A program made the position numbers and the translations under genes. A stretch of 64,000 nt of DNA from an uncultured bacterium (GTDB lineage: Bacteria > CSSED10-310 > CAZUFC01), in assembly GCA_964619725.1 (NCBI GenBank), contig CAZUFC010000010.1, positions 55,468 to 119,467 of the forward strand, in the 5' to 3' direction. The notes beneath the pieces were generated by a model, which did not search any database, was not told the DNA's origin, and saw only the letters and a list, made by a program, of their open reading frames with translations. Of the stretch, positions 27,378 to 37,900 are shown piece by piece; position 1 is the first letter of the stretch; the number at the start of each line of letters is the position of its first letter.

Positions 27378-28631
27378 ATGGACAAACCGGGAAAAACCAG
27401 GAAAAAAGTTTTTGTTATAAGCGCAATTGCGGTTTCCGCCCTTTTGCTTCATTCATTGGCAAGGACGACGCATAAAAGTGCGGTTCAGGCATCGCCTTCA
27501 GGCATGACGAAACTGCACAAGCTGATTAAATCAGGTTCTGCGGCAGTCTGGAATGAAAACAACGAACCGCTTCTTGAAATAAACGCAAAGCGGATGAACG
27601 TGCCTGCGTCAATACTCAAGATCATTACGGCCGCTGCATTTCTTCAGCATTTTGAATTGGATTACAGGTTTCCCACGATTTTTTGTCAGGATGCGGAAAA
27701 GAATCTTTATATAAAAGGTTTCGGCGATCCTTTCCTGGTTTCGGAGGAATGGGCATCCATAGCCGATGAACTTTTTAAGCGAGGCGTAAGAGAGATCAAA
27801 GATATATACCTGGACGACCTCTATTTTGACCCGAACATAATGATACCCGGAATCGGCGATTCGACCAATCCTTTTGATGCTCATAACGGGGCGCTTTCGA
27901 CCAACTTCAATACGATAAACGTGATCATATCTTCCGACGGGAAAACGATACGCAGCGCCGAACCGCAGACTCCTCTAACGCCGTTTATCAGAAGGAAGGC
28001 TCTCTCTTCAGGTAAAACAGGCCGGGTAAGAATCAACATTCACCAAGATCGTTCGGACATCCTGAAGCTTACCGGTTCGCTTGCCTCAGCGTTTTTTTCC
28101 CGGTCAGGCATCATGGTTCGGGGAAAAACAAGGGAAGGAAAAACGCCGAATTATCTTAGTCCCGTGTTGGTTCATCGATCATCAAAAACTGCAGCGGAAA
28201 TCCTGGAAGCCATGATGAAATTTTCAAATAATTTCATCGCCAATCAACTATTTTTAATACTCGGCGCTAAAGCTCGACGGCCTCCCGCAACCCTCGAAAA
28301 ATCGGTCAATTCGGTAAAAAAATACGTCAGAGACAGACTGGAAATAGAACAGTTCAACATTGTCGAGGGTTCCGGCATCAGCCGCAAGAACCTCATTTCA
28401 GCCGAAAGTTTCGGCAAAGCGCTGGCGGATTTTCGCCCCTATTATAAACTTCTGCCGCAATATGAAACCAATGTTTGGGCCAAGACTGGGACTTTAAGCA
28501 ACGTCAAGAATCTGGCGGGTTATTTCGTTCCTCGTTCCGACCCGAATAAGCTTTACTCGTTCGTAATCATGCTGCGGAGTTGGCGCAACAAGCGGGACGA
28601 AGCTTTAGAACTTCTCAGGAATCAATTTTAG
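27378..28631 (+). CDS. dacB: D-Ala-D-Ala carboxypeptidase/endopeptidase (PBP4, S13)
   Basis: SxxK PASILK, GFGDP, SNN, EGSGISR, KTGT; N-terminal membrane anchor. Confidence 0.9.
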   Translation: MDKPGKTRKKVFVISAIAVSALLLHSLARTTHKSAVQASPSGMTKLHKLIKSGSAAVWNENNEPLLEINAKRMNVPASILKIITAAAFLQHFELDYRFPTIFCQDAEKNLYIKGFGDPFLVSEEWASIADELFKRGVREIKDIYLDDLYFDPNIMIPGIGDSTNPFDAHNGALSTNFNTINVIISSDGKTIRSAEPQTPLTPFIRRKALSSGKTGRVRINIHQDRSDILKLTGSLASAFFSRSGIMVRGKTREGKTPNYLSPVLVHRSSKTAAEILEAMMKFSNNFIANQLFLILGAKARRPPATLEKSVNSVKKYVRDRLEIEQFNIVEGSGISRKNLISAESFGKALADFRPYYKLLPQYETNVWAKTGTLSNVKNLAGYFVPRSDPNKLYSFVIMLRSWRNKRDEALELLRNQF

Positions 28632-28700
28632 AACAGCGAAAGCCCAGTCTTCTGCCGTTCATGCTGCCGGTGCGAAGCGCCTGTTTTACCGGTCCCGATA

Positions 28701-28808
28701 TCAGGATTTTTCTTTTTTCTTTTTTTTCTTTCGGGCTTTTGAGCGGGTTACTCCGTTGGATTTCCTCCATATTTTGCCCTTTTTAGTGCGTCGGTCGCCT
28801 TTACCCAT
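28701..28808 (-). CDS. thx: 30S ribosomal protein Thx (bS31)
   Basis: MGKGDRRTKKGKIWRKSNGVTR matches the Thx signature; GGAGG RBS in the last codons of the upstream gene. Confidence 0.9.
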   Translation of the reverse strand: MGKGDRRTKKGKIWRKSNGVTRSKARKKKKKKEKS

Positions 28809-28812
28809 CGCT

Positions 28813-30057
28813 TCACCTCCTCTTATTCTTCTTTTTATTTCTGTTGATTTCGAGCGATGTCGACAAACCTCTATTTCGAATTGAAAACCAGACAAGCCTT
28901 TTCTTGGTCATAACGAAAAAGCGTTTGGCGTATTTTTTAAGCGCTTTTTGATCAATATCGAATCCGAGTCCCGGTTTTTTTGGAACGTCGAGTTTTCCTT
29001 TCTGGTGGAGGAAAGGTTGCTGCAAAAGAGCGTCTCTGGCTTCAATGGTCCATCCCGGCGGATTAAGGGGGTATTCGAGCGTCATTTTATTCTGGAAGCC
29101 AGAAGCGGCCAGCATGTGCATATTAACGGCGAGGCCGATGCCGTTAGTCCAGGTATGAGGAGAGAAATCAAGGTTATGCTCTCTGCAGAGCCGGCTGATT
29201 TTATGAGTCTGTGCAATCCCTCCGGTAAACAGTGCATCCGGCTGAAGGATATCGAAGCATTTTCTTTCGATCATCATTTTCAGTTCCGGGAAACCTGACG
29301 AATTCAATTCTCCGCCTGAAATGGGAACCCGGCTGGAGCGAACCAGTGCGGAAAGATCATCGTAAGCGTCCATGGGTAAGGGCTCCTCCAGCCATTTTAT
29401 GCCGTGATCCGCACAAAAACCGGCGAATCTTTGAGCTCTTTTCAAGTCCCATAACGGAGCATCGGATATAATGGTAACTCGCCACCCCTGATTAGCATCG
29501 ACGGCGAATTTTACCTTATCATCAAATGCTTTTACGGTTTCCCCGACATGTTTTTCATCCACCTTCTCATCGAATGCGTGAACTCTGATTTTGATATCCC
29601 GAAAACCCTGTTCAAACAATTTTTCCGCCTGCTTGATCCTCTCAGAAGGTTCTTTTATCTCGCCTGTCGAAGCATAAAGCGAAAGGCGACAAGGAGTTCC
29701 GCCGAGCAGTTCACAAACGGGCTTCCCGGCTGCTTTTCCTTTAATGTCCCAGAATGCGGGTTCGATCCAATAGTTACGATGCCCTAAATAGGACATTTCT
29801 CTTAAACGCTGCTGGATCAACTCTATGTCCTCAGCATCTTCTCCAATAAGGTACGGCCCTACTATATCCCCCAGCCCCGATCTCTCCTTGCCCATTGCCG
29901 GTCCTGCCGAATAACCCGTGAGGCCGCTGCCGGCGGTCACTCTGATCAGCGTAAAACGATTTTCTTTTTGCGGAAATCCGGGTATCCAGCTCGGATAGAA
30001 TGGGGCCGGCAAAGGATATTCGACATGAAATAATTCTATTTTTTTTATGGGATTCAT
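28813..30057 (-). CDS. Mandelate racemase / muconate lactonizing enzyme family (enolase superfamily)
   Basis: WDIKGKAAGKPV.ELLGG, KIR, VDANQG, WLEEP, GGE, QPD, PHTW. Confidence 0.9.
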   Translation of the reverse strand: MNPIKKIELFHVEYPLPAPFYPSWIPGFPQKENRFTLIRVTAGSGLTGYSAGPAMGKERSGLGDIVGPYLIGEDAEDIELIQQRLREMSYLGHRNYWIEPAFWDIKGKAAGKPVCELLGGTPCRLSLYASTGEIKEPSERIKQAEKLFEQGFRDIKIRVHAFDEKVDEKHVGETVKAFDDKVKFAVDANQGWRVTIISDAPLWDLKRAQRFAGFCADHGIKWLEEPLPMDAYDDLSALVRSSRVPISGGELNSSGFPELKMMIERKCFDILQPDALFTGGIAQTHKISRLCREHNLDFSPHTWTNGIGLAVNMHMLAASGFQNKMTLEYPLNPPGWTIEARDALLQQPFLHQKGKLDVPKKPGLGFDIDQKALKKYAKRFFVMTKKRLVWFSIRNRGLSTSLEINRNKKKNKRR

Positions 30058-31844
30058 TTTTTTATTTCCGCTTTTACTGCTCTTCCCAGCGTTTCCAAAG
30101 TATAGGGCTTTTTTACGTATTCGCCCGCTCCCAGTTTCTGGGCTTCTTTAACCTCCTGGGTCGGAGAATAGCCGCTGACTATAATGGCTTTCTGTCCGGG
30201 ATGAATTTCTATGATCCTTTTGTAAGTTTCTTTGCCGTTCATTCCCGGCTCCATGATCATATCCAACACGACCAGATCGACTTTGTTGTTTTTCAGGAAT
30301 TCGACAGCCTTTTCGCCGTCAGGTTCCAAAACGACCTCATAATTCAGCGACGTCAAAAGCGCTTTCGCCATTTCTCTTTGCTGTTTAATGTCATCAACCA
30401 CCAGTATCTTTTCTCCTTCGCCTCTTATCTCGCTTACTGAGAACTCTTCATTACGTTTTTCTATTTTACACCTTGTGATCGGAAAATACAAAATGAAAAC
30501 CGTACCTTTTTCGGGAGAACTTTTTACGTCAATGTACCCTTTGTGGTCCTTCATGGCGTTCCAGACGATCGTCAGCCCCAGTCCGGTCCCGCTACGGCCC
30601 AGATTCTTCTTGGCATAGAAGGGTTCAAATATTCTTTCCAGACGCTCATCATCAATCCCCGGCCCATTATCAGATACTTTAAGGACGGCATATTCGCCCG
30701 GTAAAGCGCTGTCGAAACCTTTCAGCGTATCGACCAGATGAATGTTCTCAGTCGAAATACGTATCACGCCGTCACTGCTGTCCTCCAGAGCCTCAGCCGC
30801 ATTTGAAACCAGGTTCATCAGCGCTTTTCTCACATGTATAACGGAGGCATTGATATTTTTGAGGTTCTTCGACAGATATCTCTGCACCCGCAGCCCTTTA
30901 TGACTCTCCAGGAGCTTCGCGTGTTCGGGCGATACCAGATACTCCTCAACAATATCGTTCAAATTGGCCGCTTCTTTTTTACCGGCGACTCCTCGGGTCA
31001 GCGTCAGCATGTCTGAAACCACGGCTGAAGCTCTCAGCCCAGAATCACGTATGGCCTTGAGGGCTTTACGATGAGAATTCGAGAGGCAATCGTCCATAAG
31101 AAGCAGTTCCGGATAACCGACGATACCGGACAGAATGTTATTCAGATCATGGGCTACTCCTCCCGTCAACAAACCCAGGGCTTCCATTCTTTTGGCTCTG
31201 TCCAGGCGTCTTTCGCTTTCCCTTAGTTTCCGGTTCAGTTCAGCCAGCTTGGCTTCAGTTTCCAGTTTCTTTTGCAGTTCTGCGACCTTCTTTTCCGTTT
31301 CCAGTTTTAAAAGAGCTTGAGTAGCCAGGATAGAAAACCTTCTAGCCAGATTCAAGTGCTCGCGCGAAAAGTGTCCTCTTTTTGAATGAGCGCCGACGAA
31401 AACGGCTTTTTTTTCAACTGCAGATATGGAAAACAGCAACGCTGAACGTATCTCGTCCTGGAAATTCGCATGTTGATCGATCCATTCCGGAACGCTTGAA
31501 ACGTCAAAAACAGCAACCACATCTCCATCCAGGACCCGTTTCATCAACGCACCTGCTTGCCAACGCAAATTAATAAATTTGTCGTCAGAAGCAGCTTCAA
31601 TTCTTAAAAAACCTTCATCCTCATAATCCTCATCCGCACTCAGAACGAACGCCGCCTCAGCATCCAGCGCTTCATTCATCACTTCGAAGAGTTTTTCAAA
31701 CATTAAATGGGTGTCTTCGGTTAAAACGACGACGCGCAAACCGGCTAAAAGCGCCTCGGCTATTTTCTTCTGGAGCGATTCTTTTTTCCTTGCTTCCTCA
31801 AGATTGAGCAAGGTTTCGCGAAGAACTTCAGATGTATCCTTCAT
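30054..31844 (-). CDS. Hybrid sensor histidine kinase (GAF-like, HisKA, HATPase, REC)
   Basis: GGVAHDLNNIL, NLVSNA, DNGPG, FEPF, GTGLGL, LDMIM; probable ATG 31844; ATGA overlap with the next gene. Confidence 0.92.
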   Translation of the reverse strand: MKDTSEVLRETLLNLEEARKKESLQKKIAEALLAGLRVVVLTEDTHLMFEKLFEVMNEALDAEAAFVLSADEDYEDEGFLRIEAASDDKFINLRWQAGALMKRVLDGDVVAVFDVSSVPEWIDQHANFQDEIRSALLFSISAVEKKAVFVGAHSKRGHFSREHLNLARRFSILATQALLKLETEKKVAELQKKLETEAKLAELNRKLRESERRLDRAKRMEALGLLTGGVAHDLNNILSGIVGYPELLLMDDCLSNSHRKALKAIRDSGLRASAVVSDMLTLTRGVAGKKEAANLNDIVEEYLVSPEHAKLLESHKGLRVQRYLSKNLKNINASVIHVRKALMNLVSNAAEALEDSSDGVIRISTENIHLVDTLKGFDSALPGEYAVLKVSDNGPGIDDERLERIFEPFYAKKNLGRSGTGLGLTIVWNAMKDHKGYIDVKSSPEKGTVFILYFPITRCKIEKRNEEFSVSEIRGEGEKILVVDDIKQQREMAKALLTSLNYEVVLEPDGEKAVEFLKNNKVDLVVLDMIMEPGMNGKETYKRIIEIHPGQKAIIVSGYSPTQEVKEAQKLGAGEYVKKPYTLETLGRAVKAEIKK

Positions 31845-31845
31845 T

Positions 31846-33051
31846 TCAATACTGTTTCCAGGGTCCGAAAACCAATGAAGCAACCATCAGGTTGCCGTGC
31901 CTGTTTTCCCCTCCTATAAAGCATCCTTGCTCACCAAGCGTGAAAGAGCCCAGGAAAGGGGCATTTCTCAAATTTTTTCTGAGGTCCAGGACGACTTCGT
32001 CTATTCTATCCTGAATAGCCATCATGCAGCCGGTACAGAAAAGGACAAGCGCGCCCTTGACGTCGTCTCTGTTGAAGAAGGCGGTATCAATAGCTGCCGA
32101 AGCGACGCGACCGCCGCGGCTGACCAGGCTGTCGGGCGTACCGGTCATCAGAACTACGTCATCTCCCTGACTGATTTCAGTATAGACCACGATTGACTGG
32201 TCGGTTCTTAATTCAACAGGATAGGAAAGTTTATAATAGGATACGCCGCCTATTCGTCCCACAGGGCTTCCCAACGGCGTGAAGGTCGCTGCCGGCACCA
32301 TGCTGCCCCCCTGTTCCAGAATGTCCTCAATCAGGCCGTTCGTCCAGTCATTATAAACCACTCCCGCTTTCCTTCCGTCAATTTCGCGCAGAATTCTTCC
32401 CTCAGCACGAGTAACTTTACCTGTGTTTTCCGTCGGTTCATAACCGCTGTTGAACGAATAACTGATTTCACCGGTCGGATACAATACGGCCAGAGATACG
32501 GATTCCTGGAAAAAACCATCCTGGGTAAATTGTCGCCAGTGGCCGTCCATGACCTCATCTGCAGCAGTACCGCCGACTATGGGCACCCCTTTACCCAGGT
32601 AGTCCTCTATGGTCCTGATCACCTTCTCTTCATACCCCGGAGCATTTGACACTAATACAGCCAAAGGAGCCTCGCCGGGACGTTCCGCTGCCTGTATCGC
32701 TCTCTCCAGAGCTTTCCGAGCAGATGATTCGGCATCTCCATTCAACTTCTCAATCCCTGTCGCATAACTTCCTCTGCGATCCGATATTCCGAGTATTCCT
32801 AATCCGTAACCGTCTTCTCCATGAAAGCCTTCCTCAGTCATTATGCCTGAGCATGACGTGCCGCCTTGAAAAGGGACTTCTGGAGCCGCCTTTCTGAATT
32901 CTTCGATTAAAGTTTTTAAATCGTACCTGGATGAACAGTGAATCAGCATCAGTTGCGGGGAATCTCCTATTTTTTCCTTTAACTTGCCGTAAGCCTCATC
33001 CACAGCTTTCCGGGCATTATTCTCCGTTGACCAGGACGTTGCTGTCTCCAT
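31846..33051 (-). CDS. FIST-domain sensor protein (NosP-like)
   Basis: GGTSC, VGGTAAD, GRILREIDG, C-terminal FTLGEQG...HGNL. Confidence 0.88.
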   Translation of the reverse strand: METATSWSTENNARKAVDEAYGKLKEKIGDSPQLMLIHCSSRYDLKTLIEEFRKAAPEVPFQGGTSCSGIMTEEGFHGEDGYGLGILGISDRRGSYATGIEKLNGDAESSARKALERAIQAAERPGEAPLAVLVSNAPGYEEKVIRTIEDYLGKGVPIVGGTAADEVMDGHWRQFTQDGFFQESVSLAVLYPTGEISYSFNSGYEPTENTGKVTRAEGRILREIDGRKAGVVYNDWTNGLIEDILEQGGSMVPAATFTPLGSPVGRIGGVSYYKLSYPVELRTDQSIVVYTEISQGDDVVLMTGTPDSLVSRGGRVASAAIDTAFFNRDDVKGALVLFCTGCMMAIQDRIDEVVLDLRKNLRNAPFLGSFTLGEQGCFIGGENRHGNLMVASLVFGPWKQY

Positions 33052-33183
33052 TTTTTCTCCTTTATTTCCTTTTATATTAGCTCACGAAATTAGGGCAGGA
33101 CCTTTTGACCGGACGCGCATATCCCCCGTTTTTATTTATAATAATTTCCTGTTTTGTGTCAATAAGGTCGAATCTTAACAACT

Positions 33184-34602
33184 TCAGATGCTTCTACAAT
33201 CAGGTTTGAAAAAGATACAAAAGGAGGCTCCCGGATTATTTTTGCATTCCAGCCTGCCCTGCAACTGGTTCCGGGTCAATATTTTCACGAGTTTCAAACC
33301 CAGTGAATCGATATTGTTTATATCAAAATCGTCCGGCAGTCCTATACCGTTATCCGAAACCGTAAACCTGTATTCATCCTGAGAGTATCGGTCCAGGTTG
33401 AGAAAAATTTTTCCCTTGCCTTTAAAAGTATCAGGAAAAGCATATTTCAATGCATTTGAGACCAGTTCATTCACGATCAGTCCGCATGGGACTGCCACAT
33501 CAACGCCCAAATTCACATTGCTGACGTTCTGGATTAATTCTACCCTGTGGGGTCTTGTACCGTAAAATTTATATAAGTTGCCGACCAGGTTCTTAATATA
33601 ATCCCGGAAATCGATTCTCGCCAGGTCCTTTGTTCTGTATAAATTCTCATGAACCAGCGCCATAGCCCTGATGCGATTATGACTTTCCCTGAAAATTCTG
33701 ATCAATGCAGGGTCTTTTATATGGTAGGCCTGTAAACTCAGAAGACTGGAGATAACCTGTAAATTGTTCTTCACTCGGTGATGTATTTCCTTCAGAAGAA
33801 CTTCCTTTTCTTCCAGGGAAGACCGTATTTTCTCTTCAACCTTAATCCTTTCGGTGATATTAAGCGTCACTTCAATACCGCCGGTCACTTCGCCGGAATC
33901 TTTCCTGACGGGATAGCCCGTTATGAACCAGTAATTGCCGTCAGGAGTTTTCTTTTCAATTGTCTGTTTTATCCCGGTTTTCATGGCTTTCGCTACCGGA
34001 CAATCTTCGCATACTTCTCCTCTTCCTGCCCAAACCCTGTAACAGTATTGACCGATAAGCTCTTCGCGTTCACAGGATACGGATTCGGCGGCCGCGCGAT
34101 TCAACCAGATAATTTTGTGATCCAAGTCCTGGTAAACGACATGTTCACTTATAGTATCCAGAATGATTCTTTTTTCTTTTTCGGAATTTTTCAGGAAAGA
34201 TTCCAGTTTTTTAAGGTGAGTCACTTCATTAATATTAAATACTGCGCCTGCGACATTCCCGTCGTCGTCGAACCATGGAGTTCCGTTTATAGAAAGAAAG
34301 GCTTGTGAACCGTCCTTTTTCATTATTGTATGACGCATATCGAAAATGCTTTTCTTTAAATCGACGATCCTTCTGAAAGGTAATTCCTCATCAGGAACAG
34401 GCTTTCCGTCGAAATCAGTAATTTGCCATTCCTTGTCGTTATATTTCCGGTTAAGAATCTCTTTTTTGCCGGCGCCGAACAAGTTTTCCGCCTGTCGATT
34501 GGTGAAAACAATGCTGCCTTCAATATCGACGACGGCTATGGCGGAAGGACTGGTTTCGACGATTTGTCCAATCAAATTATCTCTGGGTATGGCTGATTTC
34601 AT
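33184..34602 (-). CDS. PAS-PAS HisKA_2-type histidine kinase
   Basis: Two PAS domains, LLKEIHHRVKNNLQ, NELVSNALKYAF, DNGIG, SLGL. Confidence 0.92.
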   Translation of the reverse strand: MKSAIPRDNLIGQIVETSPSAIAVVDIEGSIVFTNRQAENLFGAGKKEILNRKYNDKEWQITDFDGKPVPDEELPFRRIVDLKKSIFDMRHTIMKKDGSQAFLSINGTPWFDDDGNVAGAVFNINEVTHLKKLESFLKNSEKEKRIILDTISEHVVYQDLDHKIIWLNRAAAESVSCEREELIGQYCYRVWAGRGEVCEDCPVAKAMKTGIKQTIEKKTPDGNYWFITGYPVRKDSGEVTGGIEVTLNITERIKVEEKIRSSLEEKEVLLKEIHHRVKNNLQVISSLLSLQAYHIKDPALIRIFRESHNRIRAMALVHENLYRTKDLARIDFRDYIKNLVGNLYKFYGTRPHRVELIQNVSNVNLGVDVAVPCGLIVNELVSNALKYAFPDTFKGKGKIFLNLDRYSQDEYRFTVSDNGIGLPDDFDINNIDSLGLKLVKILTRNQLQGRLECKNNPGASFCIFFKPDCRSI

Positions 34603-34869
34603 ATTGATCCTTGCCTGGTTTCAGGAAAGCAGGATGCCGAATAATTTAATCATAGCAAAAGGAGGCGGAAGCGGCAAGCATTAATACACATAACAAAGCA
34701 GCGAATAATCAAATGGGGATTGCAATCTCCCCCTTCCGAACTTTGCTGTTGGGATAAAGAGAACAGATCATTGTTTCTAATGGAAGAAACGCTAGAAATG
34801 TATTCGTTGCGGATGCCCGATTCCTTCAGATATTGATTTTCATATTTTCATCAGGCCATGTTTTGACAT

Positions 34870-34901
34870 AAAAAAAGCGGGTTCGAAGAACCCGCTTTTT
34901 T
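34870..34901. terminator. Intrinsic terminator after the 2501-aa gene (symmetrical A/T tracts)
   Basis: AAAAAAAGCGGGTTC-GAA-GAACCCGCTTTTTT. Confidence 0.9.
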
Positions 34902-34925
34902 CAGTGATTTATACCAGGTTTACAA

Positions 34926-37900
34926 TTAACCTCTTTTCCTCGCTTTGAAACCGATAAGGCCTCCGAACAACAGCACGAGCAGTGTTATGCCTGCGCCGGA
35001 GAAGGCTGGAATCTGGTAACCGGTGCATGTGACGGTGAGGTCATAAGTACCGGCATCTCCGTCATAGCCGTCAACGACGATGAAGTAGGCGCCTGCGGGG
35101 GCGTGTTCGATGACGATCGATTCAGAGCCGACCGAAGCGCTGTAATCGACGCAGGAGAATTCGCTGCATCCGTCGAGCAGGAACATATCCAGGTCGACGC
35201 CGGTTTCCGGAGTCATCTCAAAGGCCAGTTCGCTCAAAGCTTCAGTCGTTACGAGCGTGTGAACCACTTCCGGTCCTGATTCGGTAAAGAGAGTGCAATC
35301 GGGATACCAGTTGACGTCGTTATCTGCAGTAGTCGTATCGCCGGAGTAGTCACTTCCGCATGTAAGCATAACGGCTTCGCTGCAATCCAGAGCGGGCTGA
35401 CAGAGGATTCTGAGTGTGTAAGCGCCCTCAGAAGCGTTTCTGCCGTCTACTACGACGTAGTAGGCGCCGGCTTCCGGTTCTTCGATGTAGGCGAAACGGT
35501 CGCCGCCCGAGAGGCAATCGTAGTTGTTGCAGGAACCGAGTATGAAGACATCGAGGTTTTCGGTCATATTCGACAGGTCGGCATAGAGCAGACTTTCCGT
35601 TCCGTCGAGATTAATGACGTAGACGTCTTCAGGGCCGGTTTCGGCCCAGCCTGAGCCGCATCCGTATTGATCAGCCGTACTGGTTCCTCCGGTAGTGTCG
35701 CCGTCGATCTGGACGCCGCAATAGGCGATGACGGCATCAGTGCAATCAAGCGTTCCGATGCACATGTTGCTTTCGCCCGGAGTCTGCATGCTCTCGCAGA
35801 AATCGGTCAGGTTGTCGTCGGTATCGTCGCCGTCGGGATATCGGGAAAGCGAATTGACGTCATCCGCGGGTTCAGGCACAGGGTCCCCTTCGCCGGCGAA
35901 GCAGAGATCAGTGAAGTCTCCGTAACCGACCGCATCGAGGACCGATTCGCCCATAACGAGCTGCACGCTGTCGGGTCCGTTCTGCCAGTTGACTGCGGTA
36001 TCGATCATATCGTAGTTGGGTACGCCGTCATCCTGGGCGACGACGAAGAGGCCGTCCGCAGGAATCACATTACCGTCCAGAGCGATCGTATCGTAGATAT
36101 CGCAATCCACGGAACCGTTCAATCCTATGAGAGATAAGCCGTCCAGGCTTGCGCCGGGAGGACCGATCAATTCGGTGTAGGTATGAATGTCTGTTCCGTC
36201 GGCATCATAGTAGATTTCGTTGATGTAAACGCCGGGATGGCAACATACTCTGACAACATAGGGACCGCCTTCGGATGCCCAGGGACCGGCTTCCACTGCA
36301 ATGTAGAAGGGTCCGTCTTCGGGATCGAGAGTCAGCGTGAGCATGGAGTCCCAATATTCGGGATCGCCGCACCAGCCTTCGCAATCGCCGTAATTGTCGT
36401 CGTTATAGTCGATCAATGCACATTCCGCATCATAAACTGAAACGTAGGAATCCAATCCCGTTCCGTAAGGCCATTCGCATTCGGAATAGTCCGCGAAAAC
36501 ACTCACCGTAACTTCCATCGGTTCATCGATGACCAGCTTGTAATAATCGACGTCCAGAAGTCCGTCAATTTCGCCGCACATGCTGTCGCCGCAGGCGATG
36601 GTGTTCTCTTCTTCAGGACAGTCGTCGTTCGGTTCAAGCTCGAACGGATAGGGACATGTGCCTGTAGGAGTCGGTGAGGGCAGGGGAGTAGGCGTACCTT
36701 CGGGGCAGAGCACTTCAAGCGCGTAATTTCCGCCCAGCGAGGAGAGTGAATAGCTGTCGATCCAGATGTAATAGCTGCCTGCTGCAAGCGTGTCGGTATA
36801 GTTCATGTACCCGTAACTGTTGTGAACGATGTCGCCGCAGCTCGGATCGAGGTGGTCACCTTCTGTGTCCACGCAAAGGATGTCGCCGAGAGTTTCGCTG
36901 CAGGATGTAGCGATGGTCCAGTCAGCATCATAATCGGCTTCTCCGATGAAGGCCACGAAGGTTTCTTCGGTCAGCAGCAGTTCATAAACCACGTCCGGAC
37001 CGGCATGACCAGTGCCGCAATCATGGAAATTGGTCGCGCCTTCCGTCGTTCCCGTGACGCATTCGTCGCACGAGATCATCAACGGATTATCGCAGGTGTC
37101 TCCAGGCACATGTGTCGGAACCGGCGTAGCCGTAGGTTCGACGAATTCTTCAACGCAGATGTCGTCTATGAACCAGCCGTGATCAGCGTTGCTGGAATCC
37201 GTCCTGTGGTTGAAGGTAACCGTGATGGCCTGTCCCGCATAAGCGCTTAACGAGAACAATGCCGTTTCCCAATCGGGAGCAGCATCGTGAGTTCCAGAAT
37301 AACCGCCCGGCGGTTCGTGTGAGTAATGGCCGTTGGGGTTGTATGCAGTGCCTTCGAGCGGTTCGACCGCTGTGCCGTTGATCTGCACCTGGCCGCTGTC
37401 CCAACCCGATTCATAATCGAACCAGTTGGAGAACGTCAAAGCGTAAGTACCCGTGGCAGGTACAAGTATGACGACGGTTAAATCGTCATCGGCAGACAAG
37501 GAGTAATTGCCGTCCAGTACAGTTCCCCAGCAATTGGGAGAACTGGCGGCAGCAGCAGGTCCTGCTGTTGGAGCGCCAAGGGCCCAGTCGCCTTCAAACT
37601 GGAACGGTCCGGGATCGCCGTCGTCAAAGTTCCAGCATGCTGTTTCCAGAGGGTCCCAATAAGGCGTAGGCGTCGGCACAGGCGTCTCAGTGGGAATTTC
37701 CGTCGGCGTATAGACCGGCGTGGGTTCCAGCCAGGTCCCTACAAAGTCTGTAGCCGGCCAGAAATCTTCGCATTGGTAATTGGCCCAATGAGACGAGAAG
37801 TCAAGACAGTCGCTTGGGGGAGCGCTGAACGAGTATTCGCTGTAGGAAGCGCCCGGCCTTTCCGTTCCTGACCAGTAATGTCCGCCGCTGATGTAATCAT

